From assembly GCA_027364845.1 (NCBI GenBank), contig DAHXOO010000002.1, positions 76,422-140,421 on the forward strand: 64,000 nt of DNA, in the 5' to 3' direction. The stretch comes from Pseudomonadota bacterium (GTDB lineage: Bacteria > Pseudomonadota > Gammaproteobacteria > Acidiferrobacterales > UBA6901). The position numbers and the translations under genes were made by a program. Each line of letters starts with the position of its first letter. Within the stretch, counting starts at the first letter, position 1. Shown in pieces: positions 18,205 through 26,246 of this stretch. The notes under the pieces are model-generated. The model did no database searches, was not told the origin of the DNA, and saw nothing but the letters and a program-made list of their open reading frames with translations.

Positions 18205-18879
18205 TCATTTTCTGTAACTCGTAGTCTCGACTGGCAGCCCCGCCTCGCGCCACTCCGGAAACCCATCCTGCAGCCGCCGCGCCTGAAACCCCGCCTGGCG
18301 CAGGCGCTCCACCGCCTCATAGGCAAGCACACAGTGCGGTCCGCGACAATACGCGACGATTTCCTGGTCGTGCGGCAAGTCGTTGAGTCGTTGCTCGAGA
18401 TCTTTCACCGACACGTTGATAGCCCCCGGAACATGGCCCGACGCGTACTCCTCTTGCGGACGAACGTCCATCACCGTCACCAGTCCGCGGCGCGCGCGGT
18501 CAAGCAGCTCGGCGCGCGGGATCGGCTCCAGCTCATCCTTGACGGTCAGGTAGGTGCGAACCAGGCGCTCGACTTCGGCGAGGTGCGTCTCGGCAAGCTT
18601 ACGCATGCTCGCGAGCAGTCGAACAACTTCATCGTCCACGATGCTGTAGGAGACGTACTGCCCCTCCTTGCGTGCTTTGACGAGGCCGCTCTGGCGCATA
18701 ACCTGAAGGTGCTGTGAGGTATTGGCCACGGAGATGCCCGCGAGCTTCGCCAGTACCTCGACGGTGCGCTCCCCTTGGGCGAGATACTCGAGCAGTTCTA
18801 GTCGGTAGCCGTGGCAAACGGCCCTGCCAATGCGAGCAATCTCGCGGTAGAGCTGCTGCTTGAGTGAGGGACTTGACAT
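18205..18879 (-). CDS. ArsR/SmtB-family transcriptional regulator fused to a C-terminal rhodanese domain
   Basis: Winged-helix block RLELLEYLAQGERTVEVLAKLAGISVANTSQHLQVMRQSGLV. Rhodanese block VMDVRPQEEYASGHVPGAINV...AYCRGPHCVLA contains the active-site Cys. The first ATG at 18879 has AGGA 7 nt upstream; the track uses TTG at 18906. Confidence 0.9.
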   Translation of the reverse strand: MSSPSLKQQLYREIARIGRAVCHGYRLELLEYLAQGERTVEVLAKLAGISVANTSQHLQVMRQSGLVKARKEGQYVSYSIVDDEVVRLLASMRKLAETHLAEVERLVRTYLTVKDELEPIPRAELLDRARRGLVTVMDVRPQEEYASGHVPGAINVSVKDLEQRLNDLPHDQEIVAYCRGPHCVLAYEAVERLRQAGFQARRLQDGFPEWREAGLPVETTSYRK

Positions 18880-18896
18880 GATGATCCTGCAGAAAG

Positions 18897-18924
18897 TAGT
18901 ATTCAATTGAATGATTGAATACTA
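18897..18924. promoter_or_regulatory. Candidate operator: perfect 10-bp inverted repeat TAGTATTCAA-N8-TTGAATACTA with a nested 12-bp palindrome ATTCAATTGAAT
   Basis: Read directly: 18897-18906 is the reverse complement of 18915-18924, and 18901-18912 is self-complementary. It lies in the AT-rich divergent region between the ArsR-rhodanese gene (18879) and the plus-strand operon (18984). Confidence 0.6.
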
Positions 18925-18983
18925 GCAGATCGGAAGCAAATCTTCCAAATCCGGATGTTTTGTTCGTCGCCCACGGGGGTATT

Positions 18984-19835
18984 ATGCTTGAAATCGTTCT
19001 GCAGCACGCCATGGTCCTGCGGTTAGGTATGTTTTTCGGGATCCTGGTCGCCATGATACTGTTGGAGCTTGCCGCGCCACGCCGCCCGCTTTCTGTGTCC
19101 CGGCTTCGCCGCTGGGCAAGCAACCTGGGTATCGTGTTTCTCAACAGCATCCTGCTGCGCCTGCTTTTACCGCTGGCCGCCACCGGATTTGCGCTGCTAG
19201 CGGCGGACCGGGGATGGGGGCTTTTCAACCTGTTCCTCGTTCCTTCCCGGGTTCTGGTCATCGCCTCGATCATCCTCCTTGATTTGGCGATCTACCTGCA
19301 GCACGTACTGTTCCATGCGGTCCCGGCATTGTGGCGGCTGCACCGCATGCACCATGCCGACCTCGATGTCGACGTCACTACCGGAGCCCGCTTTCATCCG
19401 ATCGAGATCCTGCTTTCGATGTTGATCAAATTTGCGGTCATTGCACTCCTCGGCGCCCCGGCGGCAGCCGTGATGATTTTTGAAGTGCTGCTCAACGCCA
19501 CCGCCATGTTCAATCACGGCAATGTGCGGCTGCCGCTTGGCCTTGACCGTGTGCTGCGACTGTTCGTCGTCACGCCGGACATGCACCGGGTGCATCACTC
19601 CATCGAGGACCACGAGACCAACAGCAATTTCGGCTTCAACCTGCCCTGGTGGGACCACCTGTTCGGCACCTACAAGGCCCAGCCCAACGCCGGGCACGAG
19701 GCTATGACCCTCGGCATCCGCGACTACCGCGCGCCGAAGCTCACCACCGACCTGCCCGGCATGCTGATCCTGCCGTTCCTCGGACGCGTTACCGGCTACG
19801 CCATCAACCGCCGCGAATGGAGCCGCTCTTCGTGA
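18984..19835 (+). CDS. Fatty acid hydroxylase / sterol desaturase superfamily membrane protein
   Basis: Histidine boxes HAVPALWRLHRMHH and PDMHRVHHS, with several TM segments. ATG at 18984 is preferred over the track TTG at 18915, which sits inside the palindrome. Confidence 0.8.
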   Translation: MLEIVLQHAMVLRLGMFFGILVAMILLELAAPRRPLSVSRLRRWASNLGIVFLNSILLRLLLPLAATGFALLAADRGWGLFNLFLVPSRVLVIASIILLDLAIYLQHVLFHAVPALWRLHRMHHADLDVDVTTGARFHPIEILLSMLIKFAVIALLGAPAAAVMIFEVLLNATAMFNHGNVRLPLGLDRVLRLFVVTPDMHRVHHSIEDHETNSNFGFNLPWWDHLFGTYKAQPNAGHEAMTLGIRDYRAPKLTTDLPGMLILPFLGRVTGYAINRREWSRSS

Positions 19836-20845
19836 AACGGAAATCGGTTTCCCGCATTGCTTTGTTCGCCGCTCTCGCGGCGGCGATTGCCCTTGCTTAT
19901 GCCTACCGCGGTCTGCTGAATGTCGCGGCGCTTGAGGGTTGGGTCAACAATGCGGGCGCGCTCGGTCCCCTGCTGTACATGGCGGTGTACGCCATCGCCA
20001 CCGTGCTGTTCCTGCCCGGCTCGGTGATCACGCTCGCCGGCGGCGCACTGTTCGGTCCGGTCTGGGGCACGTTCTACAGCCTGACCGGCGCCACCGTGGG
20101 TGCCACGATTGCGTTCCTGATCGCGCGCTATCTCGCCTCTGATTGGGTGCATCACAAGGCGGGCGGCTGGACCAAGCAACTGATCGAAGGCGTGGAGCAG
20201 GAGGGCTGGCGCTTTATCGCGTTCGTGCGGCTGGTGCCGCTGTTCCCGTTCAACCTGCTCAACTACGCGCTCGGGCTCACGCGCATCGGGCTGCTGTCCT
20301 ACGTCGTCGGCTCCTACATATTCATGCTGCCGGGCGCGCTTGCCTACACCTATCTCGGCTACGTGGGGCGCGAGGCGGTTGCCGGCGGCGAGGGTCTGAT
20401 CCAAAAGGGACTGCTGGCGCTGGCGCTGCTCAGCGTGGTGGCCTTTCTGCCGAGCCTCATCAAGCGCCTGCGGGGCGCGCCCACGGCAGCCGCAGGGAAA
20501 CTATCCAGCGCGGACCTCAAGCAACGGATCGAGCGGCACGACGATATCGCCGTGCTCGATGTCCGCCCCGGCAAGGATTACACCGGCCCCCTCGGGCACA
20601 TCGCTGGCTCGCGCAACATCCCCATCGATGAGCTGCCACGGCGGTTGGCCGAACTCGACGTGTATCGTGACCGTCCGCTCGCCGTGATCTGCCGCACCAA
20701 CCGCATGTCCGGCAAAGCGGTCGAGCTGCTGTACGCCGAGGGCTTCACCCAGACGCTGCTGGTCAGCGATGGCATGGTCGGGTGGAAGAAGCATGGGTTT
20801 GACACCCACGAAAACGGTGTTGGGCAGGAACAGAAAGCAGATTAA
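19817..20845 (+). CDS. TVP38/TMEM64 (DedA/SNARE-associated superfamily) membrane protein fused to a C-terminal rhodanese domain
   Basis: VLFLPGSVITLAGGALFGPVWGTFYSLTGATVGATIAFLIARYL is the TVP38 core. The C-terminus VLDVRPGKDYTGPLGHIAGSRNIP...VICRTNRMSG is a rhodanese with a catalytic Cys. ATG at 19817 (alt GTG 19832, a GTGA overlap). The track start at 19649 is an Arg/Pro-rich extension overlapping the previous gene. Confidence 0.85.
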   Translation: MEPLFVKRKSVSRIALFAALAAAIALAYAYRGLLNVAALEGWVNNAGALGPLLYMAVYAIATVLFLPGSVITLAGGALFGPVWGTFYSLTGATVGATIAFLIARYLASDWVHHKAGGWTKQLIEGVEQEGWRFIAFVRLVPLFPFNLLNYALGLTRIGLLSYVVGSYIFMLPGALAYTYLGYVGREAVAGGEGLIQKGLLALALLSVVAFLPSLIKRLRGAPTAAAGKLSSADLKQRIERHDDIAVLDVRPGKDYTGPLGHIAGSRNIPIDELPRRLAELDVYRDRPLAVICRTNRMSGKAVELLYAEGFTQTLLVSDGMVGWKKHGFDTHENGVGQEQKAD

Positions 20846-20883
20846 ACGAAGGGCAGCGTGCACTTTGACGCAATGACGACGCC

Positions 20884-21672
20884 ATGTGCGAATTGTTCGG
20901 ATTAAGTAGTGATCTGGCACTGCAGCCGCGGGAACTCCTGTGCCGCTTCGGCACGCACGGCGGCGGCGTCGCCGACAACCCGGATGGCTGGGGCCTCGCC
21001 TGGATCGAGGGCACATCGGTCCATATTGAAAAGGAACCACAGGCGGCAGCTCGCAGTGCCCGCTTCCACGAATTGTGTGTACACACCCGCGCGCCGCTCA
21101 TCCTGGGACACGTGCGCAAAGCCAACCCACCCACGGCACGCGTAGCTGCCAACACGCATCCGTTCCGTCACGTCTGCTGCGGGCGCGAGTGGGTGTTTGC
21201 ACACAACGGGATCATCCCCGACGATGCGATGCCCGCGGCGGCGGACACGGCACCGTTGTGCGTGCCTGCCGGCGACACCGATTCCGAACATGCTTTCTGC
21301 GTGGTACTGGAGCGCATCGCCACGGCACTTTCCCCGCCGCAGGCTGCGCACGAAGGGCTGTGGCTCGATGCGCTAGCCGGAGTCGCCGAGATGCTCGCTT
21401 CACGCGGGCGCTTCAATTTTCTGATGTCCGATGGCGTGCATCTCATCGCCTACGGCCATGACCGGCTGTGCAGGCTGGTCAATGCGGCCGCCGCCTGCTG
21501 CGAAGGCACGGCGTCGGCGATTGCAGTGATCGCCAGCGAACCGCTTACCGATGCAAGGGCGTGGTCAGCCTTCGAGCCGGGCGAGCTCCGGGTCTATCGG
21601 GCCGGGAAGCAGGTTGCGCGCTTCGTCACCCGGCCACGCGGCTTCGGATCGAAAGCTACGGCACCGGTATGA
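20884..21672 (+). CDS. Class II (Ntn) glutamine amidotransferase, YafJ/EgtC-like
   Basis: Starts MCELFG, with the nucleophile Cys at position 2. DGWGLAW and HVRKAN...NTHPF blocks are present. Confidence 0.8.
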   Translation: MCELFGLSSDLALQPRELLCRFGTHGGGVADNPDGWGLAWIEGTSVHIEKEPQAAARSARFHELCVHTRAPLILGHVRKANPPTARVAANTHPFRHVCCGREWVFAHNGIIPDDAMPAAADTAPLCVPAGDTDSEHAFCVVLERIATALSPPQAAHEGLWLDALAGVAEMLASRGRFNFLMSDGVHLIAYGHDRLCRLVNAAAACCEGTASAIAVIASEPLTDARAWSAFEPGELRVYRAGKQVARFVTRPRGFGSKATAPV

Positions 21673-21764
21673 TTATTCGCCCGCAGCCTAATGAACAATA
21701 ACGCCAGGCGCCGCAAACTGTGCGCGATACTGGACGATAACGAGAAATCTTCGGAGACATCGGA

Positions 21765-23102
21765 ATGAGGGTCAGGACCGCGGTGATTTGGACGCTGGCG
21801 GCGACTGCAGCGATATTTCTCGGTTGGCGCATGCTGCGGCCGCTGGAGATTTTTTCGATTTCCAAGCGCTTTGAGAATCCGCTGCCGGCGACCCCGGTTC
21901 CATCTCTAGGCACGCTCAGCGCACGCCACTGTGGCACCTGCCACCGAGCCAATTATCGCGAATGGAGCACGACCATACACAGGCGTGCCTGGACCGATTC
22001 CTATTTTCAGGCCGACTGGCGCGCCGAGGGACGCAAACAGATCTGTCTCGAATGTCATACTCCTCTAACCACACAGCAGAGGTACCGGGTGTTGGGCTAT
22101 CATGGAGGCAACCGGTGGGATCCAGCGCTGGCGCCCAACCCAGCCTTCAAACAGACGCTGCGCCAACAAGGGGTAAACTGTGCCGCCTGCCACGTCCGAC
22201 ACGGCGTGATCTACGGACCGTTTGCGAATCTCAACGCGCCGCATCCGGTCGCACGCTGGAATAACGACAATGAAGCCTGCGTCCGTTGCCACGTCGTCAA
22301 CAACCGTCACCGCGATGTGTTTTACCGAATGCCGCCCTGCGGTACCGTGACGGAGATTACGCGCACGCGTCGCCGTTTCCAGCTGGAGGGCCTGCCGATT
22401 CATGCCTTGCTGTCCGCAACGTCGCCGGACCCTTTGGCAGGTGTGCCCCGCTACGTTGGGGAACGGCAAGCGCCGCCTGCACGCCGCGCAGTTGATGATG
22501 ATGGCTACGGCGTGGCATTGCCGGCCCGCGCCCTTGCGGCGCTCAAATGCGTGGAGTGCCATATGCCGTCGGTCAACCGCCCGCTGGTGCCCGGTGGCAA
22601 GGTGCGGCCAGGCCGACGGCACCTGTGGCGCGGTGGTCATGATCCGCGCATGGTCAGGGACGCCCTGAATGTCAGTTTTGCCGAGGCACTGACCTCCACT
22701 TCCGGTCGCGAACGCTACATCCTGACCCTCACCGACACCGGTGCCGAACACTACATTCCCACTGGAGTTCCTGACCGGCATCTGACTGTGAAGCTGCGCG
22801 TGCTCGATGCCGGCGGACATACCCTGAAATCACGGACTTTCACCCTGGAACGCCGCGTACTTTGGCGGCCGTTCATCGTTGAGCTGCACGATACGCGGCT
22901 GCGCCCCCTTGAGCCGCGCATCTACGGCATTGGACTCTCCACCCGCACTCACCCCCGCCCAACAGCAGTGGAGGCAGTGGTACGCTACTGGCTGATGGGC
23001 AAGTCGCACCGCGCGCATCTCCACTACCCGGCACCCATTTCCTACGTGCTGTTCCGCAGTCGTATTCCGCTTGTGGGCGGGAACGCGTCTGGTGCCTCAT
23101 GA
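21765..23102 (+). CDS. Membrane-anchored pentaheme c-type cytochrome
   Basis: Five CxxCH motifs: CGTCH, CLECH, CAACH, CVRCH, CVECH. N-terminal TM/signal anchor AVIWTLAATAAIFLGW. Confidence 0.85.
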   Translation: MRVRTAVIWTLAATAAIFLGWRMLRPLEIFSISKRFENPLPATPVPSLGTLSARHCGTCHRANYREWSTTIHRRAWTDSYFQADWRAEGRKQICLECHTPLTTQQRYRVLGYHGGNRWDPALAPNPAFKQTLRQQGVNCAACHVRHGVIYGPFANLNAPHPVARWNNDNEACVRCHVVNNRHRDVFYRMPPCGTVTEITRTRRRFQLEGLPIHALLSATSPDPLAGVPRYVGERQAPPARRAVDDDGYGVALPARALAALKCVECHMPSVNRPLVPGGKVRPGRRHLWRGGHDPRMVRDALNVSFAEALTSTSGRERYILTLTDTGAEHYIPTGVPDRHLTVKLRVLDAGGHTLKSRTFTLERRVLWRPFIVELHDTRLRPLEPRIYGIGLSTRTHPRPTAVEAVVRYWLMGKSHRAHLHYPAPISYVLFRSRIPLVGGNASGAS

Positions 23103-24514
23103 CACGGCGTGATCTGGCGGTGATTGGCGGCGGCGCTGGGGGGCTGGTCGTGGCAAGCGTGGCGGCGCAGCTCGGTTTGAAAGTGACTCTGGTAGAAAAG
23201 TCCGGCCGCCTCGGCGGCGACTGTTTGCACCACGGCTGCGTACCGAGCAAGACGCTCATCCACGCCGCCAAGGTAGCCGCGCTGATGCGCCGCGCTGCCC
23301 AGTTCGGCCTGCCGGAGCAGCCACTGCAGGTGGATCTAGCCGCTGTCAACGCACGCGTGCAGGAGGTGATTGCCCGCATCCAGGTGCATGACGATCCGGA
23401 GCGCTTCCGCGGCTACGGATGCGAAGTCCTGCTGGGCGAACCTGCGGTATTCGTTTCGCCACAGGAACTGCGCGTCGGCGAGAAATCGATGCATGCGCGA
23501 CGCTTCGTCATTGCCACCGGTTCCCGTCCAGCGCTGCCGCCCGTGCCGGGTCTCGAGTCGGCTGGCTACCTCACCAATCTGGACGTGTTTAGCCTGAGCG
23601 TACTGCCACGGCGGCTAGTGGTGCTAGGGGGCGGACCGATCGGCGTTGAATTGGCGCAGGCGTTCGGCCGCCTGGGGAGCCGCGTCACGCTTATCGAACG
23701 GCTGCCTCAGCTGCTGCCGCTTGAAGACAGCGAACTGTCCGGGATGCTGCGCCAAAGCCTGGAGGCAGAACACATTTCCGTTCACACAGGAACAAACGTC
23801 GAGCGCGTGGAGCAGCGCGACGGCACTAAGATCATATACTGTACCGGCGTACCGGCGCTGGAGGCGGATGCGATTCTTGTCGCTGCCGGCCGGCGCCCGA
23901 ACCTCGATGAGCTCGGGCTGGACGCTGCCGGCGTGCGTTACGGCGCGCGCGGCATCGAAGTTGACAGGCGGTTGCGTAGCTCGCAACGCCATATATATGC
24001 CTGCGGTGATGTCTGCGGACCGCATGCCTTTACGCACATGGCTGAATACCAGGCCGGTATTATCATCGCCAATGCCATATTCCGGCTCCCGCGAAAGGCG
24101 GACTACCGCGTGGTACCGCGGGTGACGTTCAGCGATCCGGAGCTTGCGCAGGTGGGGCTTACCGAAGGCGAGGCACGCAGCCGAGGTATAGATGTGAAGG
24201 TCCTGAGCTTTCCCTTCTCCCAGATCGATCGCGCCCTTGCCGAGCATGAAGAGCAGGGGCTTCTGAAGCTCGTCACGCACCGCGGTAAGCTGCTTGGCGC
24301 TTCGCTTCTCGGGCCGCATGCAGGGGAACTCGTTCACGAGCTGGTGCTGGCGATGAGAGCCGGCGTGTCGGTGGCAACGCTCTCCGCCACGATTCACGCC
24401 TATCCCACACTTGCCCAGATCCACCGCCGCGCCGCCAACGCGGCTTTCGCACCGACGCTTTTCAGCCCCGCGACGCGCCGCCTCGTACGCTGGCTGCAGC
24501 GTTTGGTACCATAA
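23099..24514 (+). CDS. FAD-dependent pyridine nucleotide-disulfide oxidoreductase (class I; dihydrolipoamide dehydrogenase / mercuric-reductase-like, no MerA C-terminal Cys pair)
   Basis: VIGGGAGG, the redox-active disulfide GGDCLHHGCVPSK, a second Rossmann VVLGGGPIGVE, and the dimerisation-domain HAYPT. ATGA overlap with the cytochrome gene. Confidence 0.9.
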   Translation: MTRRDLAVIGGGAGGLVVASVAAQLGLKVTLVEKSGRLGGDCLHHGCVPSKTLIHAAKVAALMRRAAQFGLPEQPLQVDLAAVNARVQEVIARIQVHDDPERFRGYGCEVLLGEPAVFVSPQELRVGEKSMHARRFVIATGSRPALPPVPGLESAGYLTNLDVFSLSVLPRRLVVLGGGPIGVELAQAFGRLGSRVTLIERLPQLLPLEDSELSGMLRQSLEAEHISVHTGTNVERVEQRDGTKIIYCTGVPALEADAILVAAGRRPNLDELGLDAAGVRYGARGIEVDRRLRSSQRHIYACGDVCGPHAFTHMAEYQAGIIIANAIFRLPRKADYRVVPRVTFSDPELAQVGLTEGEARSRGIDVKVLSFPFSQIDRALAEHEEQGLLKLVTHRGKLLGASLLGPHAGELVHELVLAMRAGVSVATLSATIHAYPTLAQIHRRAANAAFAPTLFSPATRRLVRWLQRLVP

Positions 24515-24552
24515 ATATAGAGTGCAATTTCGCGACCGGTCTTTATCGATCG

Positions 24553-25515
24553 ATGCACGCCACGCTGCCTTCGCTAAAAAATACCGATTTTCCAACGCTT
24601 GCGCGCGGCTCCCTGGAGACCCTGCAGGTCAACCTCGGGTATCGCTGCAATCAATCCTGCCTGCATTGCCATGTAAATGCCGGGCCGTCGCGCAAGGAAC
24701 AAATGTCGCGCGAAACGATCGCGGACGTGCTGGCTTTCCTGGACGCGACGACCGTACGCAACCTGGACCTGACGGGCGGCGCGCCGGAGCTCAACACGCA
24801 TTTCCGGGCGCTGGTCACTGAGGCACGCCGGCGGGGCGTTCACGTCATTGACCGCTGCAATCTTACCGTTCTGTTTGAACCGGGACAGGAGGGGCTGGCT
24901 GAATTCCTGGCACAACAGTGCGTCGAGATCACAGCTTCCCTGCCGTGTTATCTGCAGACCAACGTAGATGCCCAGCGTGGAACCGGAGTCTTTCCGAAGA
25001 GCATCGCCGCACTTCGGCGATTGAACGATCTCGGGTACGGCCACAATGCCGACCTCGTGCTGAATCTCGTTTACAACCCCGGCGGGGCCACACTGCCTCC
25101 GCCGCAGGGTGCGCTCGAGGACACATACCGCAGTGAACTCGGCAAGCACTATGGCATCGTTTTCAACCATCTTTACACTATTGCCAATATGCCGATCCAG
25201 CGCTTCGGAAGCACGCTGATCTCGCGTGGGGAATTCCATGCCTATATGGACGCGCTTCGTAGCGCGCACCAGCCGGAGAATCTGGCTTCAGTCATGTGCC
25301 GCTCGCTTGTGAGCGTCGACTGGCAGGGCTGGGTCTACGATTGCGACTTCAATCAGATGCTTGGACTTCCGATGCGCCTGGGAGACCATCCGCGGGTGCG
25401 CCTGCGCGAGCTCGTCCACGTCGACCTCGCCGGCAATCCGATCGCAGTTGCGGACCATTGCTATGGCTGCACGGCGGGCCAGGGTTCTGGCTGCGGCGGG
25501 GCACTGGGTAGCTGA
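24553..25515 (+). CDS. Radical SAM / Cys-rich-domain protein, ArsS-like (arsenosugar-biosynthesis radical SAM family)
   Basis: The N-terminal LQVNLGYRCNQSCLHCH radical-SAM cluster motif is the variant typical of this family. The C-terminal Cys-rich tail is CYGCTAGQGSGCGGA. Confidence 0.75.
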   Translation: MHATLPSLKNTDFPTLARGSLETLQVNLGYRCNQSCLHCHVNAGPSRKEQMSRETIADVLAFLDATTVRNLDLTGGAPELNTHFRALVTEARRRGVHVIDRCNLTVLFEPGQEGLAEFLAQQCVEITASLPCYLQTNVDAQRGTGVFPKSIAALRRLNDLGYGHNADLVLNLVYNPGGATLPPPQGALEDTYRSELGKHYGIVFNHLYTIANMPIQRFGSTLISRGEFHAYMDALRSAHQPENLASVMCRSLVSVDWQGWVYDCDFNQMLGLPMRLGDHPRVRLRELVHVDLAGNPIAVADHCYGCTAGQGSGCGGALGS

Positions 25516-25581
25516 CACGTCCTGTCGCAGAACAGCCAGAGCGCGGACACCACAAAGTTCCGATCCCAGCGAAAAGGTGAA

Positions 25582-25607
25582 CCCGGGCCGGGAACGTCCT
25601 TTTTTTT
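25582..25607 (+). terminator. Possible weak terminator between the radical SAM gene and the C_GCAxxG_C_C gene
   Basis: T8 run at 25600-25607 preceded by a GC-rich segment (CCCGGGCCGGG) that can form only a short stem. Confidence 0.3.
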
Positions 25608-25763
25608 GGACTTCGATGGCGACCCGGTCCCGCAATGCGTGGAGCTCTAGTCGGCTGGCAACACAGTAAGGCGTTCAGTTTTGCACTGCACAGCGGAAAT
25701 GGATATGGCCGTCAACCTACCCTATACTTATATCAGAGATTTCTAATATACGCGGAGGATGGC

Positions 25764-26246
25764 GTGACGAACTCAGACAGACAGATCCTGGCGGAACAGG
25801 CCTATTGCAAGGCTTTGCGCTATGAACTCGATTACGGCTGTTGCCCACAGTGCGTGCTAGCAACGGTCCAAGAAACGATAGGCATCGTAGACGATGCCAC
25901 CATCAAGGCAAGCCATGGGCTGTCCGGGGGCGGCGCTCTGACGGGCAAGGGCACGTGCGGCGCCTTGACCGGCGGGCTCATGGCCTTGAGCGCCAAGCGC
26001 GGCCGCGACCGCGACAAGCTCGACCAGGGCCGCGGCATGAACAATTTCCAGAAAAGCCGCGAACTGGTCTACCGTTTTCGGGCCGAATTCGGTGGCGTCA
26101 CTTGCGAGGAACTGCAGCAGCGCTTCGCGGGCCGCACCTATGACATGTGGAACCCGGCCGAGTACACGGCCTTCAGCGAGGCACGCGGTGACCAGTGCGC
26201 TCGCGCCACGGCGACCGTAACCCGCTGGGTCGTCGAAATGCTTTGA
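25764..26246 (+). CDS. C_GCAxxG_C_C family protein (putative redox-active)
   Basis: The ordered Cys pattern CPQC ... GTCGALTGG ... VTCEE ... DQCA fits C-GCAxxG-C-C. GTG at 25764 is preceded by GGAGGA; the track start at 25635 adds a non-conserved extension. Confidence 0.75.
   Translation: MTNSDRQILAEQAYCKALRYELDYGCCPQCVLATVQETIGIVDDATIKASHGLSGGGALTGKGTCGALTGGLMALSAKRGRDRDKLDQGRGMNNFQKSRELVYRFRAEFGGVTCEELQQRFAGRTYDMWNPAEYTAFSEARGDQCARATATVTRWVVEML

Noticed and set aside
17768-18253. N-terminal 160 codons of track ORF 17147-18253
   Set aside because: This is an Arg/Pro/Ser-rich, low-complexity extension typical of GC-rich read-through. A signal peptide begins only at ATG 17767..
23624-24595. 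323-aa minus-strand ORF antisense to the FAD disulfide reductase
   Set aside because: This is a shadow ORF with no motifs, and the plus-strand gene is unambiguous.
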